IMG/VR virus record: IMGVR_UViG_3300038321_000021
Coordinates: 1-53,116 of that record
From: a virus
Reading direction: 5' to 3' (one strand)
DNA length: 53,116 nucleotides
How positions within the stretch are numbered: the first letter of the stretch is position 1; each line of letters begins with the position of its first letter. The translations under genes and the position numbers were made by a program. Under the pieces are notes generated by a model. That model ran no database searches. It saw nothing but the letters and a program-made list of their open reading frames with translations, and was not told the DNA's origin. Shown here piece by piece: positions 43,409 through 50,401 of the stretch.

Positions 43409-43438
43409 TTTAATAGTGGTTTCCATAATAGGAGGTGT
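43409..43438 (-). promoter_or_regulatory. Promoter-like motif, class A (consensus instance)
   Basis: Minus strand CGCGAAAATTACACCTCCTATTATGGAAAC, directly after hairpin 43459..43477. Confidence 0.5.
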
Positions 43439-43458
43439 AATTTTCGCGTAAAAAGAAA

Positions 43459-43477
43459 GAGCCCTTGTTTAGGACTC
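43459..43477 (-). terminator. Cassette hairpin plus T-run
   Basis: Minus strand GAGTCCTAAACAAGGGCTCTTTCTTTTT. Contains the stop of 43469..43753. Confidence 0.6.
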
Positions 43478-43753
43478 CTCCTTTTTTGTTTTAATACTTT
43501 TTTTAATAAGTAAAAAACTAATAACAGCGATTACTCCCGAAATGCAACCAACTGTAAGATATTTGTTTTTAGTAAAATTAGATCCTGTTTGGTAATCCAA
43601 CGACACGACCTCGATTAAATTATCTCTAGCTGTACCAACTATTTTAGTACCATCTAAATTTTTACAATCGAAATCCACCGCTGCCTCCGCTAGTTCTCTA
43701 AACTTACTGCCATCCAAGTTGCTTGCAAATTTTCTAAATTTTTTCTCTGTCAT
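43469..43753 (-). CDS. Small protein with C-terminal TM anchor (94 aa)
   Basis: Start set to MTEKKFRKF behind SD GAAAGGAGAAAATGAG. TM VGCISGVIAVISFLLI. Ends ...KKEES with the stop in the hairpin. Confidence 0.6.
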   Translation of the reverse strand: MTEKKFRKFASNLDGSKFRELAEAAVDFDCKNLDGTKIVGTARDNLIEVVSLDYQTGSNFTKNKYLTVGCISGVIAVISFLLIKKSIKTKKEES

Positions 43754-43778
43754 CTCATTTTCTCCTTTCAAAAATATA

Positions 43779-43808
43779 GTTTCCATAACAGGAGGTGTAA
43801 TGTTAGCG
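43779..43808 (-). promoter_or_regulatory. Promoter-like motif, class A
   Basis: Minus strand CGCTAACATTACACCTCCTGTTATGGAAAC. Confidence 0.5.
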
Positions 43809-43868
43809 TATACATAAATATAACCCACGATTGTTATCCAAAAGCGGGTTATAAATATGTACTTATCG

Positions 43869-43991
43869 TTAACTATTATTTCTTAGATACCTAATCAGTA
43901 TCCAGATGAGCCATAGTCCGCCGGTTAACATAACTAGAATAAAATCTAGAAGTATACCAAATATACTACGCTTTTTCGTTCCTCTACTCAT
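43869..43991 (-). CDS. Small membrane protein (40 aa) translationally coupled to nrdD, not in supplied track
   Basis: ATGA overlap with the nrdD stop. MSRGTKKRSIFGILLDFILVMLTGGLWLIWILIRYLRNNS. Confidence 0.5.
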   Translation of the reverse strand: MSRGTKKRSIFGILLDFILVMLTGGLWLIWILIRYLRNNS

Positions 43992-46039
43992 AATTTTACC
44001 TCCTTATTTACGAATTTGTAAATCTCACTAACACCTACAAATCTCTCGTCAATATTTTTAATCCTGTTTCTAACAATGAGGGTAGGGGCTTGTATGATTT
44101 TGAGACTTGCTACAAGTTCTGGTTTGTCTTCTGCTAAAATTTTTACAAAATTGATTCCTGCGTTATTTAAAATCTTTTCAGCCTGGATACAATTAGGGCA
44201 AGTTTTTGTGCCAAATAAAGTAATGTCGTTGCGACAAGAAGCATCCATATCTATACGAGAAGTCGTATACACCTGTCGGTCTTTAAACTCCTGTACTTTT
44301 CCGTCATTCCAATTTTGGACCGGTCGATAATAACCAGTGATGCGACTGTAAATTTCTGTCTTCTCACCACAATCCGGACACAGGTCAACCTCCCCATTCA
44401 AATATCCGTGGTTCTTACAAATAGAGTAAGTGGGGGAGAGGGTGTAATAAGGAAGTTTATAGTTTTCAGCGATTTTACGAACTAGATTAGCAGCGGCTTT
44501 CCAATCTGGAAGCTTCTCACCAAGGAAGGCATGGAACACGGTGCCGGATGTGTATAGGGTCTGAAGTTCATCCTGGATATCAAGTGCTGAGAAAACATCA
44601 TCAGTGTAACCGACAGGAAGATGAGTGGAGTTGGTATAATAAGGAGTTCCGTTCTCGTTAGCAGTGATGATATCAGGATATTGCTTCTTATCGGACCTCG
44701 CAAAGCGATATGCGGTAGACTCAGCAGGGGTAGCCTCCAGATTATAAAGATCGCCATAGAGTTCCTGATAGTCGCTAAGTCGTTCCCTCATATGATTAAG
44801 AACCTCTTTTGCAAACTTTTGAACCCCCGGAGTAGACAAATCTTTGTGTAGCCACTTGGCATTTAGACCAGCTTCGTTCATACCCACGAGACCAATAGTA
44901 GAGAAGTGGTTATCAAACGTCCCTAAATATTGCTTAGTGTAAGGATAGAGTCCGGCATTCAGAAGCTTAGTGATAAATGTTCGTTTAATTTTGAGAGAGC
45001 GAGCCGAAATATCCATTAATTTATCTAACTTAGAATAGAAATCCTTTTCGTCCGAAGCCAGATAAGCGATTCTCGGCAAGTTAATAGTAACTACACCAAC
45101 TGAACCAGTGGACTCACCAGAGCCAAAGAATCCGCCAGACTTTTTGCGTAGCTCCCGCAGGTCAAGTCTAAGACGACAACACATGGACCGCACATCGTTG
45201 GGCTCCATATCTGAATTAACATAGTTTGAGAAATATGGAGTACCGTACTTAGCCGTCATTTCAAATAGGAGTTTATTGTTTTCTGTTTCACTCCAGTTAA
45301 AATCCTTCGTGATTGAGTAGGTGGGGATAGGGTATTGGAATCCGCGTCCGTGGGCATCCCCTTCGATCATGATCTCAATGAAGGCTTTATTAACCATGTC
45401 CATTTCCTTCTGACAATCGCCATAGGTGAAATCCATCTCCTTTCCGCCAACAATAGCAGGGAGGTTGGCCAGGTCGTTTGGAACTGTCCAGTCCAGAGTA
45501 ATATTACAGAAAGGTGCCTGCGTCCCCCAACGTGATGGAGTGTTAAGGCCAAACACGAAGGACTGTACACATTGCTTGATTTCTTTTTGGGTTAAGTTAT
45601 CCACTTTAACAAACGGTGCTAGGTATGTGTCAAAGGATGAAAATGCCTGAGCTCCCGCCCATTCGTTCTGCATAATGCCGATAAAGTTAACCATCTGATT
45701 ACAGAGCGTTGATAAATGACTTGCAGGAGTTGAAGTAATTTTACCAGCTACACCACCAAGTCCTTCTTGAATAAGCTGCTTCAAGCTCCAACCAGCACAA
45801 TAACCTGTTAACATAGACAAATCGTGCAAATGAATTGCAGCGCATTGATGTGCAATGGCAATTTCTCGGTCGTAAACATTCGACAACCAATAGTTAGCAG
45901 TTACAGCTCCGGAATTAGAGAGAATAAGACCCCCAACCGAGTAGCTCACTGTAGAATTCTCTTTTACACGCCAGTCGTTAACATGTATGTAGTCGTCGAC
46001 TAGCTCTTTATAGTTTAAAATATATTCATCATTTCTCAT
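43988..46039 (-). CDS. nrdD: Anaerobic ribonucleoside-triphosphate reductase (class III) fused to a C-terminal glutaredoxin/NrdH-like domain
   Basis: Zn site CKNHGYLNGEVDLCPDCG. Glycyl-radical motif SRITGYYRPV. Then ~90 extra residues with ITLFGTKTCPNCIQAEKIL...APTLIV (thioredoxin fold, CxxC). Confidence 0.9.
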   Translation of the reverse strand: MRNDEYILNYKELVDDYIHVNDWRVKENSTVSYSVGGLILSNSGAVTANYWLSNVYDREIAIAHQCAAIHLHDLSMLTGYCAGWSLKQLIQEGLGGVAGKITSTPASHLSTLCNQMVNFIGIMQNEWAGAQAFSSFDTYLAPFVKVDNLTQKEIKQCVQSFVFGLNTPSRWGTQAPFCNITLDWTVPNDLANLPAIVGGKEMDFTYGDCQKEMDMVNKAFIEIMIEGDAHGRGFQYPIPTYSITKDFNWSETENNKLLFEMTAKYGTPYFSNYVNSDMEPNDVRSMCCRLRLDLRELRKKSGGFFGSGESTGSVGVVTINLPRIAYLASDEKDFYSKLDKLMDISARSLKIKRTFITKLLNAGLYPYTKQYLGTFDNHFSTIGLVGMNEAGLNAKWLHKDLSTPGVQKFAKEVLNHMRERLSDYQELYGDLYNLEATPAESTAYRFARSDKKQYPDIITANENGTPYYTNSTHLPVGYTDDVFSALDIQDELQTLYTSGTVFHAFLGEKLPDWKAAANLVRKIAENYKLPYYTLSPTYSICKNHGYLNGEVDLCPDCGEKTEIYSRITGYYRPVQNWNDGKVQEFKDRQVYTTSRIDMDASCRNDITLFGTKTCPNCIQAEKILNNAGINFVKILAEDKPELVASLKIIQAPTLIVRNRIKNIDERFVGVSEIYKFVNKEVKL

Positions 46040-46088
46040 ATTGAGTTAATGTTCCTTTCCATGTATATATTTTTTTTAGAAAAAGAAA

Positions 46089-46107
46089 GAGCCCTTGTTC
46101 AGGACTC
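46089..46107 (-). terminator. Cassette hairpin plus T-run
   Basis: Minus strand GAGTCCTGAACAAGGGCTCTTTCTTTTT. Contains the TGA stop of 46099..46263. Confidence 0.6.
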
Positions 46108-46263
46108 CTCTTTTAATTGTTTAAGATTTTTGTTCATCCTCCTATAAAAATTGTAGTTACTAATGAGTATATCTCCTAAATCTTTAATGTACGTCACAGC
46201 CTTAATTACCAGATAAAATGGTAAATAAACCAAACCTACCATAAAATATAAGAAATTTTTCAT
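46099..46263 (-). CDS. Small membrane protein (54 aa), not in supplied track
   Basis: MKNFLYFMVGLVYLPFYLVIKAV...LKQLKEES. SD AAAGGAGGATTTTACA. Confidence 0.55.
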   Translation of the reverse strand: MKNFLYFMVGLVYLPFYLVIKAVTYIKDLGDILISNYNFYRRMNKNLKQLKEES

Positions 46264-46289
46264 TGTAAAATCCTCCTTTAATATTATGG

Positions 46290-46319
46290 GTTTCCATAAT
46301 AGGAGGTGTAATTTTCGCG
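46290..46319 (-). promoter_or_regulatory. Promoter-like motif, class A (consensus instance)
   Basis: Minus strand CGCGAAAATTACACCTCCTATTATGGAAAC. Confidence 0.5.
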
Positions 46320-46329
46320 CAGATAATGA

Positions 46330-46617
46330 TTATGAATTTATCCATTCGTAGTACTTCATACCACCTATAACTCCTAAAGTTGGAGCCAGCATTTCAGCGG
46401 CAGTTTTACTCCCAGTGATACCATATACCGCACCTGAGCCAAAACCACTACTAAATAAACCAGCCGCAACTGAAGCTCCTACCTTTAGTATCTTTTCGTT
46501 TCTAGAAGCTCGTTCCTGTTTGGTTTTTGTTGTTCTTTTAGAAGTCGAGGTCCCTCGATCTTTACGAACTCCCCACTTCATTCCTAGCACGCCATAATGT
46601 CTCAATTCGTTATTCAT
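46330..46617 (-). CDS. HYG-LGMKWGVR leader protein 4 (basic linker, Gly-rich hydrophobic C-terminus)
   Basis: Start set to MNNELRHYGVLGMKWGVRK behind SD GGAGGTTTATATT. C-terminus VGASVAAGLFSSGFGSGAVYGI...LGVIGGM. Confidence 0.7.
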   Translation of the reverse strand: MNNELRHYGVLGMKWGVRKDRGTSTSKRTTKTKQERASRNEKILKVGASVAAGLFSSGFGSGAVYGITGSKTAAEMLAPTLGVIGGMKYYEWINS

Positions 46618-47059
46618 AATATAAACCTCCATTTTTAATATCGATAATTCTTTGATTACTGCTGCCGTACATTTTTCCGGCAACTATTTTATCCTGTTCG
46701 AATCTACCGTCAACAATATAATCAGCCATCCTCGCAAGTTGAGTGTGTTTGATTTCTTCGTAGTTAAACCCGGTGTAAATCCATATATCTAAATTTTTAG
46801 GAAGAAGTTTTAAGAGGGAGACACATTCCTCTTGTTGATAGAACGGATCTCCCCCCGATAGCGTTAAACCATCAATATGCTTACATCTCTTAATATCCTT
46901 CGCTAGTTCTTCCAGAGAAATTTCTTTTCCTCCGTTGAAGTCCCATGTTTCTGGGTTTTGACACCCAACACAATGATGAGTGCATCCTTGACAGAATATA
47001 ACATAACGGACACCGTAACCATTAACAAGCGAACAAGATAGGGTTCCTGCTATTCGCAT
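46610..47059 (-). CDS. nrdG: Anaerobic RNR activating protein (radical SAM)
   Basis: Start set to MRIAGTLSCSLVNGYG behind SD AAGGAGG. Cluster CQGCTHHCVGCQNPETW. Confidence 0.85.
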   Translation of the reverse strand: MRIAGTLSCSLVNGYGVRYVIFCQGCTHHCVGCQNPETWDFNGGKEISLEELAKDIKRCKHIDGLTLSGGDPFYQQEECVSLLKLLPKNLDIWIYTGFNYEEIKHTQLARMADYIVDGRFEQDKIVAGKMYGSSNQRIIDIKNGGLYYE

Positions 47060-47072
47060 AGTAACAGCCTCC

Positions 47073-47231
47073 TTATGTAATCCAATTTTCCTTAGCGAAG
47101 AATAAAGGAAGTCCAATAATCAAAGAGAATATAAAAAAGGTGCCGTCGTATTCAATAAGAACACTCAGAGCACCAATCCCTATAAGTATAAGTGAATAGA
47201 TTTTATTTCTTATCAACTCTCGTCTCCACAT
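47073..47231 (-). CDS. Small membrane protein (52 aa), not in supplied track
   Basis: MWRRELIRNKIYSLILIGIGALSVLIEYDGTFFIFSLIIGLPLFFAKENWIT. SD AAAGGAGGACGAA lies inside the end of the upstream gene. Confidence 0.5.
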   Translation of the reverse strand: MWRRELIRNKIYSLILIGIGALSVLIEYDGTFFIFSLIIGLPLFFAKENWIT

Positions 47232-47628
47232 TTCGTCCTCCTTTTAAATCGCTGTCTTTTTCTACCCTGAAATATCCTCTGATGGTAATACCATTGTCAA
47301 ACTGAATATAACCCTCTCGGTTCCCATGACCGCAACAAGCGTTCATAACGGCTCCTAATCTTTGTATGCAAAAATCATCACCATTTTCATTTGGATAGTG
47401 GCCACATCTAGCACAGGGTCTAAACGGAATATCCGAAACCAATTCATTGTTGTCTTCGTATCTCCGGTTTTCGTTTTCGTCGGTGTATCGTTCGTACCCG
47501 TTGTTACTACACCTGTCTAACCATGAGTCGGGAATATCTTCCGACACCACTTCTTCGGTATCGGCGTACATCCATTTACCGTTACGGAAGATTATTTCGT
47601 GACCGTTAATATGTGATTTTACACTCAT
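47203..47628 (-). CDS. Cys-rich (Zn-binding?) hypothetical protein
   Basis: RPCARCGHYPNENGDDFCIQRLGAVMNACCGHG. Confidence 0.65.
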   Translation of the reverse strand: MSVKSHINGHEIIFRNGKWMYADTEEVVSEDIPDSWLDRCSNNGYERYTDENENRRYEDNNELVSDIPFRPCARCGHYPNENGDDFCIQRLGAVMNACCGHGNREGYIQFDNGITIRGYFRVEKDSDLKGGRNVETRVDKK

Positions 47629-47975
47629 GGTTTTCTCCTTTCAACAACCGTAACCTCACCCGAAGTAAGTCTTTCTGCTTCCTCAACAGTCAAAGCTTTC
47701 AGTAGAAGCAAATAGTTGATATGATCAGTAATTTTTTCATCCCACATTTCTTGAGGATAAGTTTTGCTAGACCTACACATATCATAAATACTTACGGTAT
47801 GCTTGGATAACATACCGGCAAGAGCATTAATCGGTGTAGTCATTTGAAGTTCAGCAGCCACTTTGAAATTATGTAGCCTATCCTCCGTAGCATACTCTTT
47901 AGCTTTATTAACTAGAATATCTACACATCTCTTCTGCTGCTCCTCGATGATAGTATTGAATTGTTCAGTTTTCAT
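47625..47975 (-). CDS. All-alpha MazG-like / DUF1599-like (nucleotide-modification-associated domain 1) protein
   Basis: LVNKAKEYATEDRLHNFKVAAEL...ALAGMLSKHTVSIYDM fits the DUF1599 pattern as I recall it. Confidence 0.5.
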   Translation of the reverse strand: MKTEQFNTIIEEQQKRCVDILVNKAKEYATEDRLHNFKVAAELQMTTPINALAGMLSKHTVSIYDMCRSSKTYPQEMWDEKITDHINYLLLLKALTVEEAERLTSGEVTVVERRKP

Positions 47976-47997
47976 CTGAAATCCCCCTTTTTTTCTA

Positions 47998-48405
47998 TTA
48001 CTTTGTTACGACTTGTGTTATTCCGGAATTGATAATCATCTTTTCACAAATTTTACATGGATTTACTTGTTCGGCAGGTATTAGTTTTCCAGCTTCAAAC
48101 CCGACCAAATATAAAGTAGAACCAATCATGTCTTTTCTCGATGCGGATATAATTGCATTCTGTTCAGCGTGTACAGCTAAACAAGCTTCATATTGCTCGC
48201 CATGAGGTATGTTGTTTTCCTCTCTCCAACACTTACCGACATCACAGCAATTATCCATACCTCTTGGAGATCCGTTGTAGCCAGTGGAGATAATTTCGTC
48301 ATTCTTGACGATAATAGCTCCGTATTGTCTTCGTAGACATGTACTGCGTTTCGCTACAGCTTCTGCAATTCCAAGGTAGTATTTGGTTTTAGATATTCGG
48401 TTCAT
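47998..48405 (-). CDS. dCMP deaminase (ComEB-type)
   Basis: Start set to MNRISKTKYYLG behind SD AAGGAGG. HAEQNAI and PCKICEKMI zinc motifs. Confidence 0.85.
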   Translation of the reverse strand: MNRISKTKYYLGIAEAVAKRSTCLRRQYGAIIVKNDEIISTGYNGSPRGMDNCCDVGKCWREENNIPHGEQYEACLAVHAEQNAIISASRKDMIGSTLYLVGFEAGKLIPAEQVNPCKICEKMIINSGITQVVTK

Positions 48406-48562
48406 AAGAGTCCTCCTTATCATTCAGCTGTTCCACCATCGTTACCCTATCTATACCAATTTCAAAATTTTTGGCATGTGAAATATCTGTAGTGTGCTGA
48501 CATTCCGGACTACAACGTTCACAAGCCCTTCTATCGCACAAATATAAAACAGTAGCCGACAT
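48389..48562 (-). CDS. Small Cys-rich protein (57 aa)
   Basis: Start set to MSATVLYLCDRRACERCSPECQH behind SD AAGGAGGAAGATTG. Confidence 0.5.
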   Translation of the reverse strand: MSATVLYLCDRRACERCSPECQHTTDISHAKNFEIGIDRVTMVEQLNDKEDSYEPNI

Positions 48563-49311
48563 CAATCTTCCTCCTTGCATTGAATAATCTCGCTCCACGG
48601 TAGTACCTCGATCCACATACAAAACTCTCGCCATTCATCAAGTTTGTGGCTTTTGCGCATTGGGTAAATACCAGCCAGAACTTCATAGTTCAACATAATG
48701 GTACGTTTCTGATTATAGGAAGAGGGAAGAAGTTGAATCATCTGCCACCAGTATTTTTTGTCTTTAGTTTCTAAATATAAGTTACGATAAAAATTCAAAG
48801 CATCTATTGTTATTAGTATCACACCCATGGATGAAGTATTAAAGCCTTGAGTTGGACCGAATTTTCCTATAATCTTATTGTCAGTTTCGATATTAGTTAA
48901 CGCTTCTAAGTGATCTATGGAAAAATCATCCAGAGTAAATTCCTTATCATGAAAAACGTGCATTGTAGAGCAGGAGTTAGCGACCGTACCCACTTTGTAG
49001 GTGTCAAACTCTTTCCACCAGTATAGAGGTGCTGTAATATCAACATACACGGTAATCATCCTACGAAACTTAGCGTGAACCGGACCACCCTTGACGAGCT
49101 TCATCATCAGCTCGTGGTCGTTCTTACCAATTTGGAAAGAGTGGTTGTAACCATGATTACACGGGTTCGCAGCACAGTTGACACAACCAATACCATCATC
49201 GCCGCCCTTACAAACACCACTATCAGATTTATCCCAGCTGTTCATCGGGTTTCGCATACCACGGATAGACTGATCGAAACCCATAACTTCTGTTTTTTCG
49301 AGTTTAATCAT
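48562..49311 (-). CDS. ThyX-like (flavin-dependent thymidylate synthase fold) protein with non-canonical signature motif and Cys-rich insert
   Basis: HELMMKLVKGGPVHAKFRRMITVYVDITAPLYWWKEFDTYKVGTVANSCSTMH aligns with the ThyX ...[35 protein letters not shown], but RHR is replaced by DTYK. Insert CKGGDDGIGCVNCAANPCNH. Confidence 0.55.
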   Translation of the reverse strand: MIKLEKTEVMGFDQSIRGMRNPMNSWDKSDSGVCKGGDDGIGCVNCAANPCNHGYNHSFQIGKNDHELMMKLVKGGPVHAKFRRMITVYVDITAPLYWWKEFDTYKVGTVANSCSTMHVFHDKEFTLDDFSIDHLEALTNIETDNKIIGKFGPTQGFNTSSMGVILITIDALNFYRNLYLETKDKKYWWQMIQLLPSSYNQKRTIMLNYEVLAGIYPMRKSHKLDEWREFCMWIEVLPWSEIIQCKEED

Positions 49312-49431
49312 TTATTTTTTCCTCCAATTTCGTTTTTATTTTATCGAGTATGGACTCAAGCGTTTTGCGGGAATTTGGATGAAGTTTAATATATTTTTTA
49401 CGTTGTTCGTACCATTGATTATATTGATAAC

Positions 49432-50106
49432 TCATATTTTCCGTTCCTTTCTTTCGTTGTACTCAGTTTCATCGATTTCATCCCAACCGTCCTTAGCGTC
49501 TTTGAAAAACCTATTAATCTCTATTTTTTCGCCATCAGGTTTAACTGCGTAAAATATACCCATTGTGTCAAAGTCGCCGTTCTTTTTATCAGTCAGAAAG
49601 TCTTCGCAATAAACAGCGATAGGTTTTCCGGCAGGATGATAAGGCATCGTAATCGGAAACATCTCATCGATGATTTTCGTTACCAGCCCCGAGCTAAAGG
49701 TATAATAGGGATTATTAATATCAATTCCGTAACATCTATCGATGTCTTTATATGTTACCGTCCCGTCAGAATAAACATATTTAAATAACGAACCCATTCT
49801 TGTACATTGATACGATGTGTATTTATCATTACCATCTCCAAAACGAGAAAGATTGCTCCAAACATCGTCTGTATCTTCAATGGGGGTTAACGGTTTACCA
49901 TCAATGAGTCTATTTAAAATATGTTTAGTCGACCCAATACTAAAGCCACTATGACTGTCACCCATAAGACTCTTAAAGGCTTTTAGAGCACTATCATAAC
50001 AGGCACAGCCATAATCCCAATCCTCATCGTTTTTTACACCAGAAGCTTCTCGTTCACGTTTACAAGCAATCTCAATTTCTTTTTCGGCCCAAGTTTGCAT
50101 ACTCAT
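49432..50106 (-). CDS. Hypothetical conserved phage protein (224 aa)
   Basis: Start set to MSMQTWAEKE behind SD GAAAGGAGAAAAAATA. The track N-terminus reads through the cassette hairpin. Confidence 0.65.
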   Translation of the reverse strand: MSMQTWAEKEIEIACKREREASGVKNDEDWDYGCACYDSALKAFKSLMGDSHSGFSIGSTKHILNRLIDGKPLTPIEDTDDVWSNLSRFGDGNDKYTSYQCTRMGSLFKYVYSDGTVTYKDIDRCYGIDINNPYYTFSSGLVTKIIDEMFPITMPYHPAGKPIAVYCEDFLTDKKNGDFDTMGIFYAVKPDGEKIEINRFFKDAKDGWDEIDETEYNERKERKI

Positions 50107-50137
50107 TATTTTTTCTCCTTTCAAATATAAAAAGAAA

Positions 50138-50155
50138 GAGCCCTTGTTAGGACTC
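50138..50155 (-). terminator. Cassette hairpin plus T-run
   Basis: Minus strand GAGTCCTAACAAGGGCTCTTTCTTTTT. Contains the stop of 50147..50368. Confidence 0.6.
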
Positions 50156-50368
50156 AGTCTCTTTTCGTAATTTGATGCCATGCTTTAAGTCTTCTAAAAG
50201 CACACTTGTTAATTCATACATCGCATCATTGAGATGACCAACATACTCAATTCCGTTTGGGTCTAAAGCCTCCCAAACAGCTACGTCGTTAATCCTTTCC
50301 TCAACTTTAGTAATTTTATAAATCGCCAGTGCTACTTTCTTTCGCTCGCCTTTTGTCATATTTATCAA
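50147..50368 (-). CDS. Small hypothetical protein (73 aa)
   Basis: SD GAAAGGAGATTGATAAAT. Ends ...RKETES with the stop in the hairpin. Confidence 0.6.
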   Translation of the reverse strand: MINMTKGERKKVALAIYKITKVEERINDVAVWEALDPNGIEYVGHLNDAMYELTSVLLEDLKHGIKLRKETES

Positions 50369-50373
50369 TCTCC

Positions 50374-50401
50374 TTTCATAATATGAGGTGTTTTTTTCGC
50401 G
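50374..50401 (-). promoter_or_regulatory. Promoter-like motif, class B
   Basis: Minus strand CGCGAAAAAAACACCTCATATTATGAAA, immediately after the helicase stop. Confidence 0.4.

Noticed and set aside
11510-50155. The repeated GAGTCCT...AGGACTC hairpins as a CRISPR array
   Set aside because: Spacing is irregular (about 140 nt to several kb). The intervals contain SD-preceded ORFs. Each repeat is an 18-nt hairpin plus a T-run in terminator configuration. No cas genes are present.
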